A stretch of 64,000 bases of DNA, from the NCBI GenBank assembly GCA_963555995.3, contig OY821641.1, positions 1,152,001 through 1,216,000 of the forward strand. The letters are read 5' to 3'. Source of the stretch: Vicinamibacteria bacterium (GTDB taxonomy: Bacteria > Acidobacteriota > Vicinamibacteria > Marinacidobacterales > Marinacidobacteraceae). Positions 46,982-56,100 of the stretch are shown in pieces. A program made the translations under genes and the position numbers. Numbering within the stretch: position 1 is the first letter of the stretch; the number at the start of each line of letters is the position of its first letter. The notes beneath the pieces were generated by a model. It worked only from the letters and a program-made list of their open reading frames with translations, was not told where the DNA came from and ran no database searches.

Positions 46982-47806
46982 TCAAGCGGGGCCGGTTCCG
47001 ATCCGGAAGCTGACGGTATTGGCGAGCAGCGCGGCGCCCACGGCCACGGCGGTGACGAGCGCCCAGAGCCCGAGGGCGACCGTGACCGAGCGCCGCCGGG
47101 TGACCCCCAGCGTGACGGTGAAACCGACGGTGACGAGCGCGATTTCCCAGGCCAGGAAGAGATCCACCCGCGAGGCGAGCGCCGCCGCCGCGCCCTCGAG
47201 GCCGGGGAGCGCCGCGCCGAGGTGCGCTCGCAGTGGCTCGGCGGCGCGCTCCGGCGCCATCGGGTGCGAGAGCCAGACCACGAGGCAGGTCAGGAGCGTG
47301 GAGACCGCCGCCGGAGGCCAGCCCGCGTGGGCGACCGTGGCGAGGATCAACCGGAAGCTGCCCGGCGAGCCGAGGATGCCGAAGAGCAGCAGGAAGAATC
47401 CGGCGGCGGCGACCGGAGCGAGGACGCCGCCGATCCCGCCGAGCACCGGCGCGAAGCTGCGCGAGAGCCGGAGGGCGCCCCGGGTGGACTCGAAGACACG
47501 CTCGCGGTCCGCGTCGGACATGCCGCGCGAGAAGGTCCCGGGCATCCGCTCGGCCTGCTGCTCGAACGTGTGCTGCGCCACGGCGTCGAGGTCGCCGGCG
47601 CGGCTCGCCACGGTCGCCCGGATCGCCCCGGTCAGCGCGAGGGCGATCAGCGCGGCGGCAAGCGCCGGCGACCGGGCGAGTTCACCGAAGGTCCGGCCGG
47701 GCGAGAAGAACATGCCGCCCAGCCGGACGAGCTGGCTTCCCGGCTCGTGTGCGGGAGGCGTCCGCGGCGCCTCCCGGTCCATCGTGCCGCCTGCTTCCAT
47801 CGTCAA
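46982..47806 (-). CDS. Yip1-family membrane protein (YknW-like)
   Basis: FFSPGRTF start, several TM helices, VDLFLAW; lies upstream of the adaptor and permease. Start may be ATG 47800. Confidence 0.72.
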   Translation of the reverse strand: MTMEAGGTMDREAPRTPPAHEPGSQLVRLGGMFFSPGRTFGELARSPALAAALIALALTGAIRATVASRAGDLDAVAQHTFEQQAERMPGTFSRGMSDADRERVFESTRGALRLSRSFAPVLGGIGGVLAPVAAAGFFLLLFGILGSPGSFRLILATVAHAGWPPAAVSTLLTCLVVWLSHPMAPERAAEPLRAHLGAALPGLEGAAAALASRVDLFLAWEIALVTVGFTVTLGVTRRRSVTVALGLWALVTAVAVGAALLANTVSFRIGTGPA

Positions 47807-47922
47807 TCACCCTCCACGGAGGCTAACGCACCGGAAGGGAACGTCGTTCCGCTACCTCGCGGCGAGAGCCGAGGCCGTCCGACCGGGCCGGAGCGTTTCC
47901 CGGCGACCTGACAGGCATGGAC

Positions 47923-48180
47923 TCAGTCGTAGTGGTAGCGCGCCTGCACGATGTGAACTGCGCCGTCCCGGACCAGGTACAACAACCGGTGTTCCCGGTC
48001 AATGCGTCGAGACCAAAGGCCGGCCAGTTCGTGTCGCAGAGGTTCGGGACGTCCGATGCCTTCGTATGGAGACCTGATGATCTCCTTGATCAGTCGGTTC
48101 ACCCGCCGGAGCCGATTCCGGTCGCAGCCCTGCCAGTACAGGTAGTCGTCCCAAGCCCGTTGCGTGAAAACGAGATTCAC
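47923..48180 (-). CDS. yoeB: Txe/YoeB family toxin
   Basis: AWDDYLYWQ, GIGRPEPLRHELAGLWSRRIDREHRLLY, C-terminal RYHY. Confidence 0.95.
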   Translation of the reverse strand: MNLVFTQRAWDDYLYWQGCDRNRLRRVNRLIKEIIRSPYEGIGRPEPLRHELAGLWSRRIDREHRLLYLVRDGAVHIVQARYHYD

Positions 48181-48428
48181 TCCACGAGTTGGCGGACGGT
48201 TCCGCCGCCGGCCGCCAGTTCGGCAAGGGCCTCCCGGATGCGCCGGGCATTCGCGGGGCTACGCAGGAGGTAGGCCGTTTCGTCGAGTTGATCGTAGTCC
48301 TCCAGGGACATCAACACGACGGACTGCGCGTTTCGGCGGGTGATGACGACCGGTGTACGGTCTTCGCACACGCGGTTCATTGTCTGCGCCAGGTTGGCGC
48401 GGGCGTCCGAATAGGTGATCGTGGTCAT
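48177..48428 (-). CDS. yefM: YefM/Phd antitoxin
   Basis: ITYSDARANLA, PVVITR, ETAYLLRSPANARR. Confidence 0.95.
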   Translation of the reverse strand: MTTITYSDARANLAQTMNRVCEDRTPVVITRRNAQSVVLMSLEDYDQLDETAYLLRSPANARRIREALAELAAGGGTVRQLVE

Positions 48429-48446
48429 CGGCTCGTTTCCTCGAAC

Positions 48447-48464
48447 TTGTACTGATTATTGTAC
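48447..48464 (-). promoter_or_regulatory. yefM-yoeB autorepression operator / -10 box
   Basis: Two GTACAA cores 12 bp apart, the upstream one forming TACAAT; same spacing as the E. coli yefM L/S TGTACA repeats. Confidence 0.7.
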
Positions 48465-48493
48465 CAATACCTCGACCACGACGAGTTTGGTTC

Positions 48494-50002
48494 TCACCCC
48501 GAACCGGTCGTTCGCTCCGGCGTTCCCTCCGCCGCGCGCATCAGGTAGGGCTCGATCCGGTCCGGCGCCGGGGGATCGGTGCGGAGCGACACGAGCACCA
48601 TGACCAAGACGTTCGCCACCGCGCCGTAGATGCCCGGGTGGACCCCGAGGAACTGGAACGCGGGCCACACGTTCAGCGCGAGCGTCACCGCGCAGCCGGC
48701 GAGCAGGCCGTAGATCGCTCCCTCGCGGCTCGCCCGCCGCCAGAACATGGCGGCGATCAGCAGCGGGAAGAACTGGGCGATCGCCCCGTAGGACATGAGC
48801 AGGAGGCTGACGAGCGACGCCTCCGAGCCCACCGCGAGGTAGTAGGCGAGCGAGCCCATCCCCAGCGCGGTCCAGCGGATGAGCCGGGTCTCCGCGGCGG
48901 GCGTCCGGCGGACGCCGCGGAGCGGCACTTCCAGGTCCTTGACCAGCACCGACGCCCCGGCGTGGAGGATCGCGTCGCCCGAACTCATGGAGGCCGCGAG
49001 CGCCCCGGCGCAGAAGAGGCCCACGGTGAGGGCCGAGAGATCGAGGTCCATCAGGATGGTGGGCAGGATGGTGTCGGCGGGCGCGACTCCGGGATAGGTC
49101 ATCACGCCCGCGAAGCCGATGAACAGGACCGGGATCAGGAAGATCTGGAACGTCGGATAGAAGACCACCATCCGCTTCAGTGTCCGGACGCTCCGCGCCG
49201 CGTAGATCTTCATGAAGTAGTGCGGCCACACCGAGAAGCCGAGCACGGAGATGAGCACCGCGCTCGAATAGGCCCCGAACCCCCACGGCGACCCCGCGGC
49301 GTCGAGCCCCGGCGCGACCAGCAGTTCGGGCGCGCTTGCGGCCAACTCCTCGAACATCGGCCCGATGCCGCCGTGGAGCTTCCACGGCAGGTAGAGCCCG
49401 AGCCCCCACGCGAGGCTCAGCATCAGGATGCCCTGGAAGGTGTTCGTCCAGCCCACCCCCATGACCCCGCTGCGGGCGACGTAGATGAGCACGACCCCGT
49501 AGGCGAGCGCGGCGCCCGCCCATTCGGGCATCCGCCCCTCGGTGACCACCGAGAAGACGTAGCCGGCCCCCTTCATCTGGATAACGAGGTAGGGGATGAG
49601 CGCCGCCGCGCTCATCACCGCCATGATCGCGGGGATCGCCTTCGGACTCTCGAACCGGTGGGCGAAGAACTCGGCCTGCGTCACGAACCCGAACCGGCGG
49701 CCGAGCATCGCGATCCGCGGCCCGAGGAAGTACCACGGCAGGAGTCCCACCGTCCCGTAGGAGACGATGTAGAACGCCGCCGCGCCGCGGGAATACGCCC
49801 AGCCCGGCGCCCCGAGGAACGCGAAGGCGCTGTAGATGGACGCCCCCATGATGAAGTACAGGACGAGGAAGCCCAGGCTGCGGTCGCCCGCGACGTAGCC
49901 CTCCGGCGTGTTCGAGACGTTCCGGCCCGAGACCACCCCGATCGCCAGCGTGACCAGCAGGTAGGCGATGGTCGTCAGGAAGACGATGACCCAGGCGTCC
50001 AC
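48494..50002 (-). CDS. Sodium:solute symporter (SSS family)
   Basis: YVAGDRSLG, SAFAFLGAPG, YLVIQMKG, GWTNTFQG, AASMSS. Confidence 0.92.
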   Translation of the reverse strand: MDAWVIVFLTTIAYLLVTLAIGVVSGRNVSNTPEGYVAGDRSLGFLVLYFIMGASIYSAFAFLGAPGWAYSRGAAAFYIVSYGTVGLLPWYFLGPRIAMLGRRFGFVTQAEFFAHRFESPKAIPAIMAVMSAAALIPYLVIQMKGAGYVFSVVTEGRMPEWAGAALAYGVVLIYVARSGVMGVGWTNTFQGILMLSLAWGLGLYLPWKLHGGIGPMFEELAASAPELLVAPGLDAAGSPWGFGAYSSAVLISVLGFSVWPHYFMKIYAARSVRTLKRMVVFYPTFQIFLIPVLFIGFAGVMTYPGVAPADTILPTILMDLDLSALTVGLFCAGALAASMSSGDAILHAGASVLVKDLEVPLRGVRRTPAAETRLIRWTALGMGSLAYYLAVGSEASLVSLLLMSYGAIAQFFPLLIAAMFWRRASREGAIYGLLAGCAVTLALNVWPAFQFLGVHPGIYGAVANVLVMVLVSLRTDPPAPDRIEPYLMRAAEGTPERTTGSG

Positions 50003-50011
50003 GGCTACACC

Positions 50012-50257
50012 CTATTTCTGGTACTCGCGGTCGAGGGCTTCGTCGTCCTCGCGGTCCTTGGCGAAGACCGTCAGGAAGGTGAAGAACACCGTGGCGATCA
50101 TCAGCACCAGCCAGAACATGGAGAACGGCATCCCGAGAACCAGCGGTCGGATGCCGGCGATCCAGGGGTAGAGCGGCCAGATGCTGAGGAGGAGCACCAC
50201 CAGCCCGACCCGGAAGCCAATCCGGTGGCGCCTCCGGAAGCCCGTGCGGCTGCTCAC
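50012..50257 (-). CDS. DUF3311-like small membrane partner of SSS transporter
   Basis: Two TM segments with PLVLGMPFSMFW; lies immediately upstream of the SSS gene. Confidence 0.75.
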   Translation of the reverse strand: MSSRTGFRRRHRIGFRVGLVVLLLSIWPLYPWIAGIRPLVLGMPFSMFWLVLMIATVFFTFLTVFAKDREDDEALDREYQK

Positions 50258-51123
50258 GGCTCGACCAGCTCGATCTCGAAGAGCTTCGGCCACTTCTTCC
50301 CGGTCACGAAGATCCGGCCGTTCTCCGGGTCCCAGGCGATGCCGTTCAGGACGTCCATTTCCGGGTACTGGAGCGCGAAGGCACGCGGCAGGATGCCGGT
50401 CAGGTCCACGAACGCGGTGACCTCCCCGGTGTCGGGCCGGATCCGGGCGATGCGGTCCTGGGTCCAGATGTTGGCCCAGATCTCCCCCTCGATCCACTCC
50501 AGTTCGTTCAACTGCGGGAGCGCCTCCCCGTCGGCGGTCACGCTGAGCGTCCGCACCCGGCGCAGGGTGTTCGGGTCCAGGAAACGCAGCTCGTCGGTGC
50601 CGTCACTCATCACCAGGTGCTCACCGTCGAAGGTGAGCCCCCAGCCCTCGCCGGAGTAGCGGAACTCGCGCACCAGCCGGAAGGGCTCCCGGGTGTAGAC
50701 GAACCCGATTTCGGCCTCCCAGGTCAGTTGGAAGATGTAGTCCCCGGCGAGGGCCGCCCCTTCGCCGAAGAACCGGGGCAGCAGTGCGCGCTGCTCCAGG
50801 ACCTCGCCGCTCTCGAGTTCGACCCGCCGGAGGGTGGATTCACCCCGGAGCCCGGTGCTCTCGTAGAGGAAGCCGTCGTGAAAGAAGAGCCCCTGGGTGA
50901 ACGCGCGCGGGTCGTGCGGGAACTCCCGGACCACCCGGTATCCGAAGACCTCGGGCGGGTCGGACTCCGGCGGGGGAGGAGGCTCCGGGGATGGGGCGGG
51001 GACCGGCGCGGGCTCCGCGGGGGATGCCGCCGCGGCCGGACTGCCCTGGGAATCGCCGCACGCGGCCAGCACCAGCAGGAACGGCCAGAGCAAGAGCCCG
51101 GTTGCGCGCCCGCGGTCGGCCAT
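50254..51123 (-). CDS. Glutaminyl-peptide cyclotransferase (beta-propeller type) lipoprotein
   Basis: Lipobox LAAC, HDPRAFTQGL, ESTG, FGEG, EGWGLT, LNELE, VLNGIA, TGKKWP. Confidence 0.9.
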   Translation of the reverse strand: MADRGRATGLLLWPFLLVLAACGDSQGSPAAAASPAEPAPVPAPSPEPPPPPESDPPEVFGYRVVREFPHDPRAFTQGLFFHDGFLYESTGLRGESTLRRVELESGEVLEQRALLPRFFGEGAALAGDYIFQLTWEAEIGFVYTREPFRLVREFRYSGEGWGLTFDGEHLVMSDGTDELRFLDPNTLRRVRTLSVTADGEALPQLNELEWIEGEIWANIWTQDRIARIRPDTGEVTAFVDLTGILPRAFALQYPEMDVLNGIAWDPENGRIFVTGKKWPKLFEIELVEP

Positions 51124-51176
51124 GGCGCGAATCATGGCATGACCCATGGGCAGCGGCGGCGTATCCTCCGCGCACC

Positions 51177-52505
51177 ATGACCGACGACCTCGCCAGCCTG
51201 TTTCGCGAACATCTCGAAATCCGCCTCGAGGGAATCGCCGAGGACCTCCGGAAGACCGGCTACGCGGCGCTGGTGCTGGCGTCGGGCGCGCAGTACTTCT
51301 ATTTCCGGGACGACCAGCCCGCTCCCTACCGCGCGAACGCGCACTTCCTCCATTTCTGTCCCCTGGAGGGACCCGGCCACCTCCTCCTGATCCGTCCGGG
51401 GAAGAAGCCGTTCCTGGCGACCCTGTCCCCCGACGACTTCTGGTACGAGCCGCAGCGGATCGGGGACGCCTTCTGGACCGAAGGGTTCAAGATCGCCGAG
51501 TGCGGTAGCCGCAAGCGGCAGATCGCCGAGATCACCAGGCGGCTCCCGAAGGGGCGGTCCGCCGGCATTGCGGAGAGTGGCGGCATCTCCGAAACCCTCG
51601 GGCTCGCGCACAATCCGCCCGCGCTCCTGACCCGGCTCGACTGGCGCCGCGCCATCAAGACCGGCTACGAGGTGGAGTGCATCAGCGAGGCGAGCCGCGT
51701 GGGGGCGGAGGGACACCTCGCCGCGGAGGCCGCCTTCCGGGACGGGGGCAGCGAGCTGGAGGTGCACCGCGCCTTTCTCGCCGCGGTCGGTGGATCGGAA
51801 GCGGACCTGCCGTATCCGACCATCGTCGGGCTCAACGAGAAGGGCGCCGTCCTCCACTACGAGGGCAAGCGGCCGGATGTCCGGGACGGCCGGAGTCTCC
51901 TCATTGATGCCGGGGCGCGCGTCCGCGGCTACGCCTCCGATATCACCAGGACCCACGCCGCCCCCTCGGCGGACGACCGGTTCCGTTCCCTGATCGCGGC
52001 GACGGAAAGCGCCCAGCAGGCGCTCTGTGAAGACGTGCGGGCGGGCCGTCCCTGGGCGGAACTCCACCACGAGGCGCACCTCGCGCTCTCGGGCGTCCTG
52101 AAGGACGAGAAGGTCATCCACCTGTCTCCCGAAGAGGCCGTCGGGAGCGGTCTCAGCCGGGTCTTCTTCCCGCACGGGCTCGGCCACTTCCTGGGGATCC
52201 AGGTGCACGACGTGGGAGGCCATCTCGCCGATCCCGACGGCCGCCGCGCCCCGCCCCCCAAGGCGCACCCGATGCTCCGCAGCACCCGCACCCTGGAGCC
52301 CGGCCACGTGCTGACGGTCGAACCCGGCGTCTATTTCATCGGCATGCTGCTCGACCGCTGGCGCCACGGGAAACGGGCGAGGCGCGAAGCCATCAACTGG
52401 GACGCCGTGGACACCCTCACCCCCTACGGCGGCGTCCGCATCGAGGACAACGTTCTGGTCACCGAAACCGGCCCCCGCAACCTCACGAGAGAACACCTCC
52501 CGTAG
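51177..52505 (+). CDS. pepQ: Xaa-Pro dipeptidase (prolidase)
   Basis: FRDD, LIDAGA, YASDITRT, PHGLGHFLGIQVHDVGG, TVEPGVYF, GGVRIEDN. Confidence 0.92.
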   Translation: MTDDLASLFREHLEIRLEGIAEDLRKTGYAALVLASGAQYFYFRDDQPAPYRANAHFLHFCPLEGPGHLLLIRPGKKPFLATLSPDDFWYEPQRIGDAFWTEGFKIAECGSRKRQIAEITRRLPKGRSAGIAESGGISETLGLAHNPPALLTRLDWRRAIKTGYEVECISEASRVGAEGHLAAEAAFRDGGSELEVHRAFLAAVGGSEADLPYPTIVGLNEKGAVLHYEGKRPDVRDGRSLLIDAGARVRGYASDITRTHAAPSADDRFRSLIAATESAQQALCEDVRAGRPWAELHHEAHLALSGVLKDEKVIHLSPEEAVGSGLSRVFFPHGLGHFLGIQVHDVGGHLADPDGRRAPPPKAHPMLRSTRTLEPGHVLTVEPGVYFIGMLLDRWRHGKRARREAINWDAVDTLTPYGGVRIEDNVLVTETGPRNLTREHLP

Positions 52506-52511
52506 ACGCCG

Positions 52512-52575
52512 GGACCGCCGGTCTCCAGACCGGCACGCGCGGTGCTCCGCACCGCGCACGTCGTAACCCCACCCA
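52512..52575 (+). repeat. REP plus hairpin module
   Basis: GGACCGCCGGTCTCCAGACCGGCACGCGCGGTGCTCCGCACCGCGCACGTCGTAACCCCAC. Confidence 0.82.
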
Positions 52576-52628
52576 CCCTCACGACACGCATACGGCCTGG
52601 CACGCTCCGTCTCCAGGCCGCAGCCCCA

Positions 52629-53009
52629 TCAACCCGATCGCGCCACGCGCCTCCGCTGTCTCCTGATTAACCCGTGGCGAGAGCGCCAGCGGCGGCCCCC
52701 CGGCTTCAGGGGTTGCCCCGACGGAAGCGGCCGGATTCGCTCTGCGACCTCGGCCTCGGTACAGCCCCCGACCCGAACCAGCTTCTTGGGATGAGATGTT
52801 CCGGCGACGATCTGAACCGCATCGCGCGGGATCCCGAGCCGGTCGGCGAGGAGCGTGACCATCCGGGCGTTCGCCCTGCCGCGCTCGGGGGGAGGGGAGA
52901 CGTAGGCCCTGATCCTCCCGTCCTTCAGCCGCACGAGCCGCTCCTGAGAGGACCGCGCGGTGACCCACACCTTCAGGATGACCCCGGCGAGGGAACGCGG
53001 TTCCGGCAC
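52629..53009 (-). CDS. DUF167/UPF0235 (YggU-like) protein
   Basis: LKVWVTARS, VSPPPERGRAN, VQIVAGTSHPKKLVRV. Confidence 0.8.
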   Translation of the reverse strand: MPEPRSLAGVILKVWVTARSSQERLVRLKDGRIRAYVSPPPERGRANARMVTLLADRLGIPRDAVQIVAGTSHPKKLVRVGGCTEAEVAERIRPLPSGQPLKPGGRRWRSRHGLIRRQRRRVARSG

Positions 53010-53100
53010 GGCCGAAATTGTAGAGGCGAGGGTGTTGCGAGCCGGTCTTCGTGATCCCGCTTGTTCGACGGCACGCCGCTGCGGGCCGGAGGCCCGCGGC

Positions 53101-53123
53101 GCCGGTCTGGAGACCGGCGTTCC
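53101..53123 (-). repeat. REP-like palindrome
   Basis: GCCGGTCTGGAGACCGGCGTTCC followed by AAGCCGTAC, as at 1350-1381. Confidence 0.75.
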
Positions 53124-53147
53124 AAGCCGTACCGCCGCTCCGCGCTC

Positions 53148-56100
53148 CTACTCCTCCTCGTTCTCTTCCGGCGGCCTTGGCCGATCCAGCCGGATGGATA
53201 CCCCGCCGAAGAACTCGCTCGTGTTGCGGTTGACCTGGTGGTCGCCGTCCAGCAGGTACTGGAGGACCGCCGTGTCCCAGGCCAGCCCGGCTGACGCGAC
53301 GACCTCCATCCAGGCGCCGTAAGCCGGCTCGTCGGGCGCCTCGGTGCCGCCCGCCCAGATGGTGATCTTCGGGTCGTAGCCGCGGCCTCCACGCCCCGGG
53401 GCGCTCGCGCGGCGGCCCTTGATGGGCATCTGGATGTTCACCCCGTTGTGGAGATCCATGTGGAACACCTCGGGCTCGAACTGCATCCCGTAGCGGCGGT
53501 AACGGTCGTAGGTCCGCTCGTTCATCGTCCTCACCAGGCTCGTGTCCTGGATGGCGTTCGTGATGTAGCCGCGGATCTTGAGCGCCGCGTCCTTGTGGCG
53601 CGGCAACTCGGGGTCGTCCACCACGTCGAAGCCGGGCATGAACCAGCCCTTGTTGAATCCCCAGTTCCGCTCGGTGCGCCGGCCGGCCCGGACCAGGCCG
53701 CTGAACTCGCTGAAGAGCTGGACGAGCTGGTGCGCCGGATAGCCGTGCGGGTTCAGGAAGATGTCCGGGAGCCACATCCGCCAGAGACGCGGCCGAACCT
53801 CCGCCTCCGGATAGATCGGCATCGGCTCGTCGCTGTCCGACGTGGAGTCGATTCCCAGCGACCCCCAGTAGCCGGCGTGCAGGATGTGCTCCCGGTTGTA
53901 CTGGTGCATGTCCCAGGCGAGCTGGGCGCCGTCGGGGTTCTGGATCGGGTGGAAGACGATGTTGACCTTGTCGAGGTTGCTCTTGCGCTCGGGATCGGTG
54001 AGCAGCATCTCGGCGAGCCGCAGGACGTGCGAGGTCGAGGAGACCTCGTTCGCGTGCTGCCGGGCGCTGTAGACGATGGTCGGCTTCAGCAGGCTCGCCT
54101 TCCGCTGCGACCAGTGCGTCGCGTCCATGGGCGGCATCAGGTCCATCGCCCAGGTGGACTGCCCGAGGTAGCTCTCGCCGATCTGGTAGACGGTCGCTTC
54201 GGGGAACTCGGACATCCTCGCGAGGATTCCGTAGGCCTCGGGAGGCGAGATCGGGGAGTCCCACTGCACGAGCTGGTCGTCGCTTCCGGTCGCGTCCCGG
54301 AAGGTCATGATGTCGGGGAAGGGCGGCGGCGCCCCGTTCGCCGCCAGGGTCGTCGCCCGCTCCGTGTCCGGCCCGTATCCCCAGTCCCAGGCGGCGGCGA
54401 CTTCCAGGTCGCCGAGCCCCGCGAAGGCCAGCTCACTTGAGTAGAGCCCGGCCGCCCGCAGCTCTCCGAGGAGTTCCAGCACCCGGGCGACCTGCGCGGC
54501 GGAGATGATCCGCTCGTCGGCGTCGTCCTCGCCGTGGCGTTCCACGTAGTAGTCCCGCTCATCCGCGTCGGTGTCCACCTTCACCCGGAGCCGGAGGCTG
54601 TCCAGCCCGGCGTTCCCGGCGCTCACCCGCGCCGTCATGGCCTTCGGCCGGCCCACCTCCACCTTGGGGATGTTCCGGCGCACGGTCCCGGTCCGCCCGT
54701 CGGCCGCGGTGTAGTCCACCACTATCGCCGGCCGGCTGGTCCGGAACCCGGTGAAGAGGATGTGCGCCGTCCCCGGCGTCCCGTCGGTCTTCCCCCGCAT
54801 CTCGGGGATCACGCGGCCGCCGTAGGTCAACTCGGTGCCCAGCGAGTTCCGTCCCAGGTGGCGCAGGAAGGAGTGGGTCACGAAGTAGATGTCCTCGTGG
54901 AGGGCGTCGTGCGTGGACTCGATCTCCTGTTCCACCCCCAGGAGGCGCTCCGGTTCCGAGAGCGAGAGCACCACCTTCAACTGGCCGAAGTACGGCGCAT
55001 CCGCGGGCCCCCGCGGCTTCCCCTCGTGGAGCTCCATGATGTATTCGTAGAGCCGGGCCAGGGTGTCCGACTGGTAGTGGTCCCAGAACGCCTCGGCGTC
55101 CATCCGGATCCGCTCGTCCACCACGGTTTCCCCGTCCACTTCGGCGGTGATCCCGCCGGTGGTGACCTGGATCCGTTCGTAGTCCGGATACCGGTCGAAG
55201 AACGGCCGGGAGACGAGCCGGGGCTCGAACGTCTCGTTCAGCAGGACCTCGCCGTTCGCGTCCTCGGCGACGATCCGGTAGGCGGGGGCGTCCGCTTCCG
55301 TGCGCAACTCGAACCCCACGTCCCCGAGATCGAGCGCCAGCGCCTCGGCCATGATCTCGTCGGCGGGGAACATGGCGTGCTGCCAGCGCAGCGGGGTGTG
55401 CATCGCCTGCTGCGGCCAGTCCGGGGGCGGCCGGTGCTCGCGGAAGAGCAGCCGGACGCGCGCCGTCGGCGTCCCGCCCTCGCGGAGCGCCAGCAGCCGC
55501 GGCAGGACCACCTCCTCGATCCAGCTGTAGCCCTGCCGGTAGGCCGAGAGGACCACCACGTCGCCGTCCGAGACCGAAGCGCCCCGGCCGCGGAGGTCGG
55601 CCACCAGCTCGTCGCGCAGCGAGTGGCGCACGGCGGCCGGTTCGCTCAGGACGACCGTGACCCGGACCCGGTCCCCGCGGCCGACCGCCGGGAGCAACCG
55701 GTCCGCCACGATTCCCCGGAACTCCTCGACCTCGGAGGGCACCGCGAACTCCTCTTCGTGGATGACCGCCGCGTTTTCCACGTTCCGGTCGTCGAGTTCG
55801 ACGGTCGCGTCACCGAGTCCCAGCCGCTCCGCCGCCGCCGCGACGAAGTCGTCGAGGCCCGGCGCCGGGTCCTTTACCGAGACCAGGATCTTCGAGCTCT
55901 CGATCCCGAGATGGGAGATGTCCGCGGCGATCCGTTCCAGCTTGTAGAGCGCCGCCGCCGCCTGGCCGCCGGGGCTGCGCTGGGTGAGGAACTTCCAGGT
56001 GTTGAACTCGACGGCGTCCACCGTGGGGTGGTCCTTCTTGCGGTTCGCGGCGTCGAGGTGGGGCAGGCCCACCGCCGTCTGGTAGAGGGCGCGGGACAGC

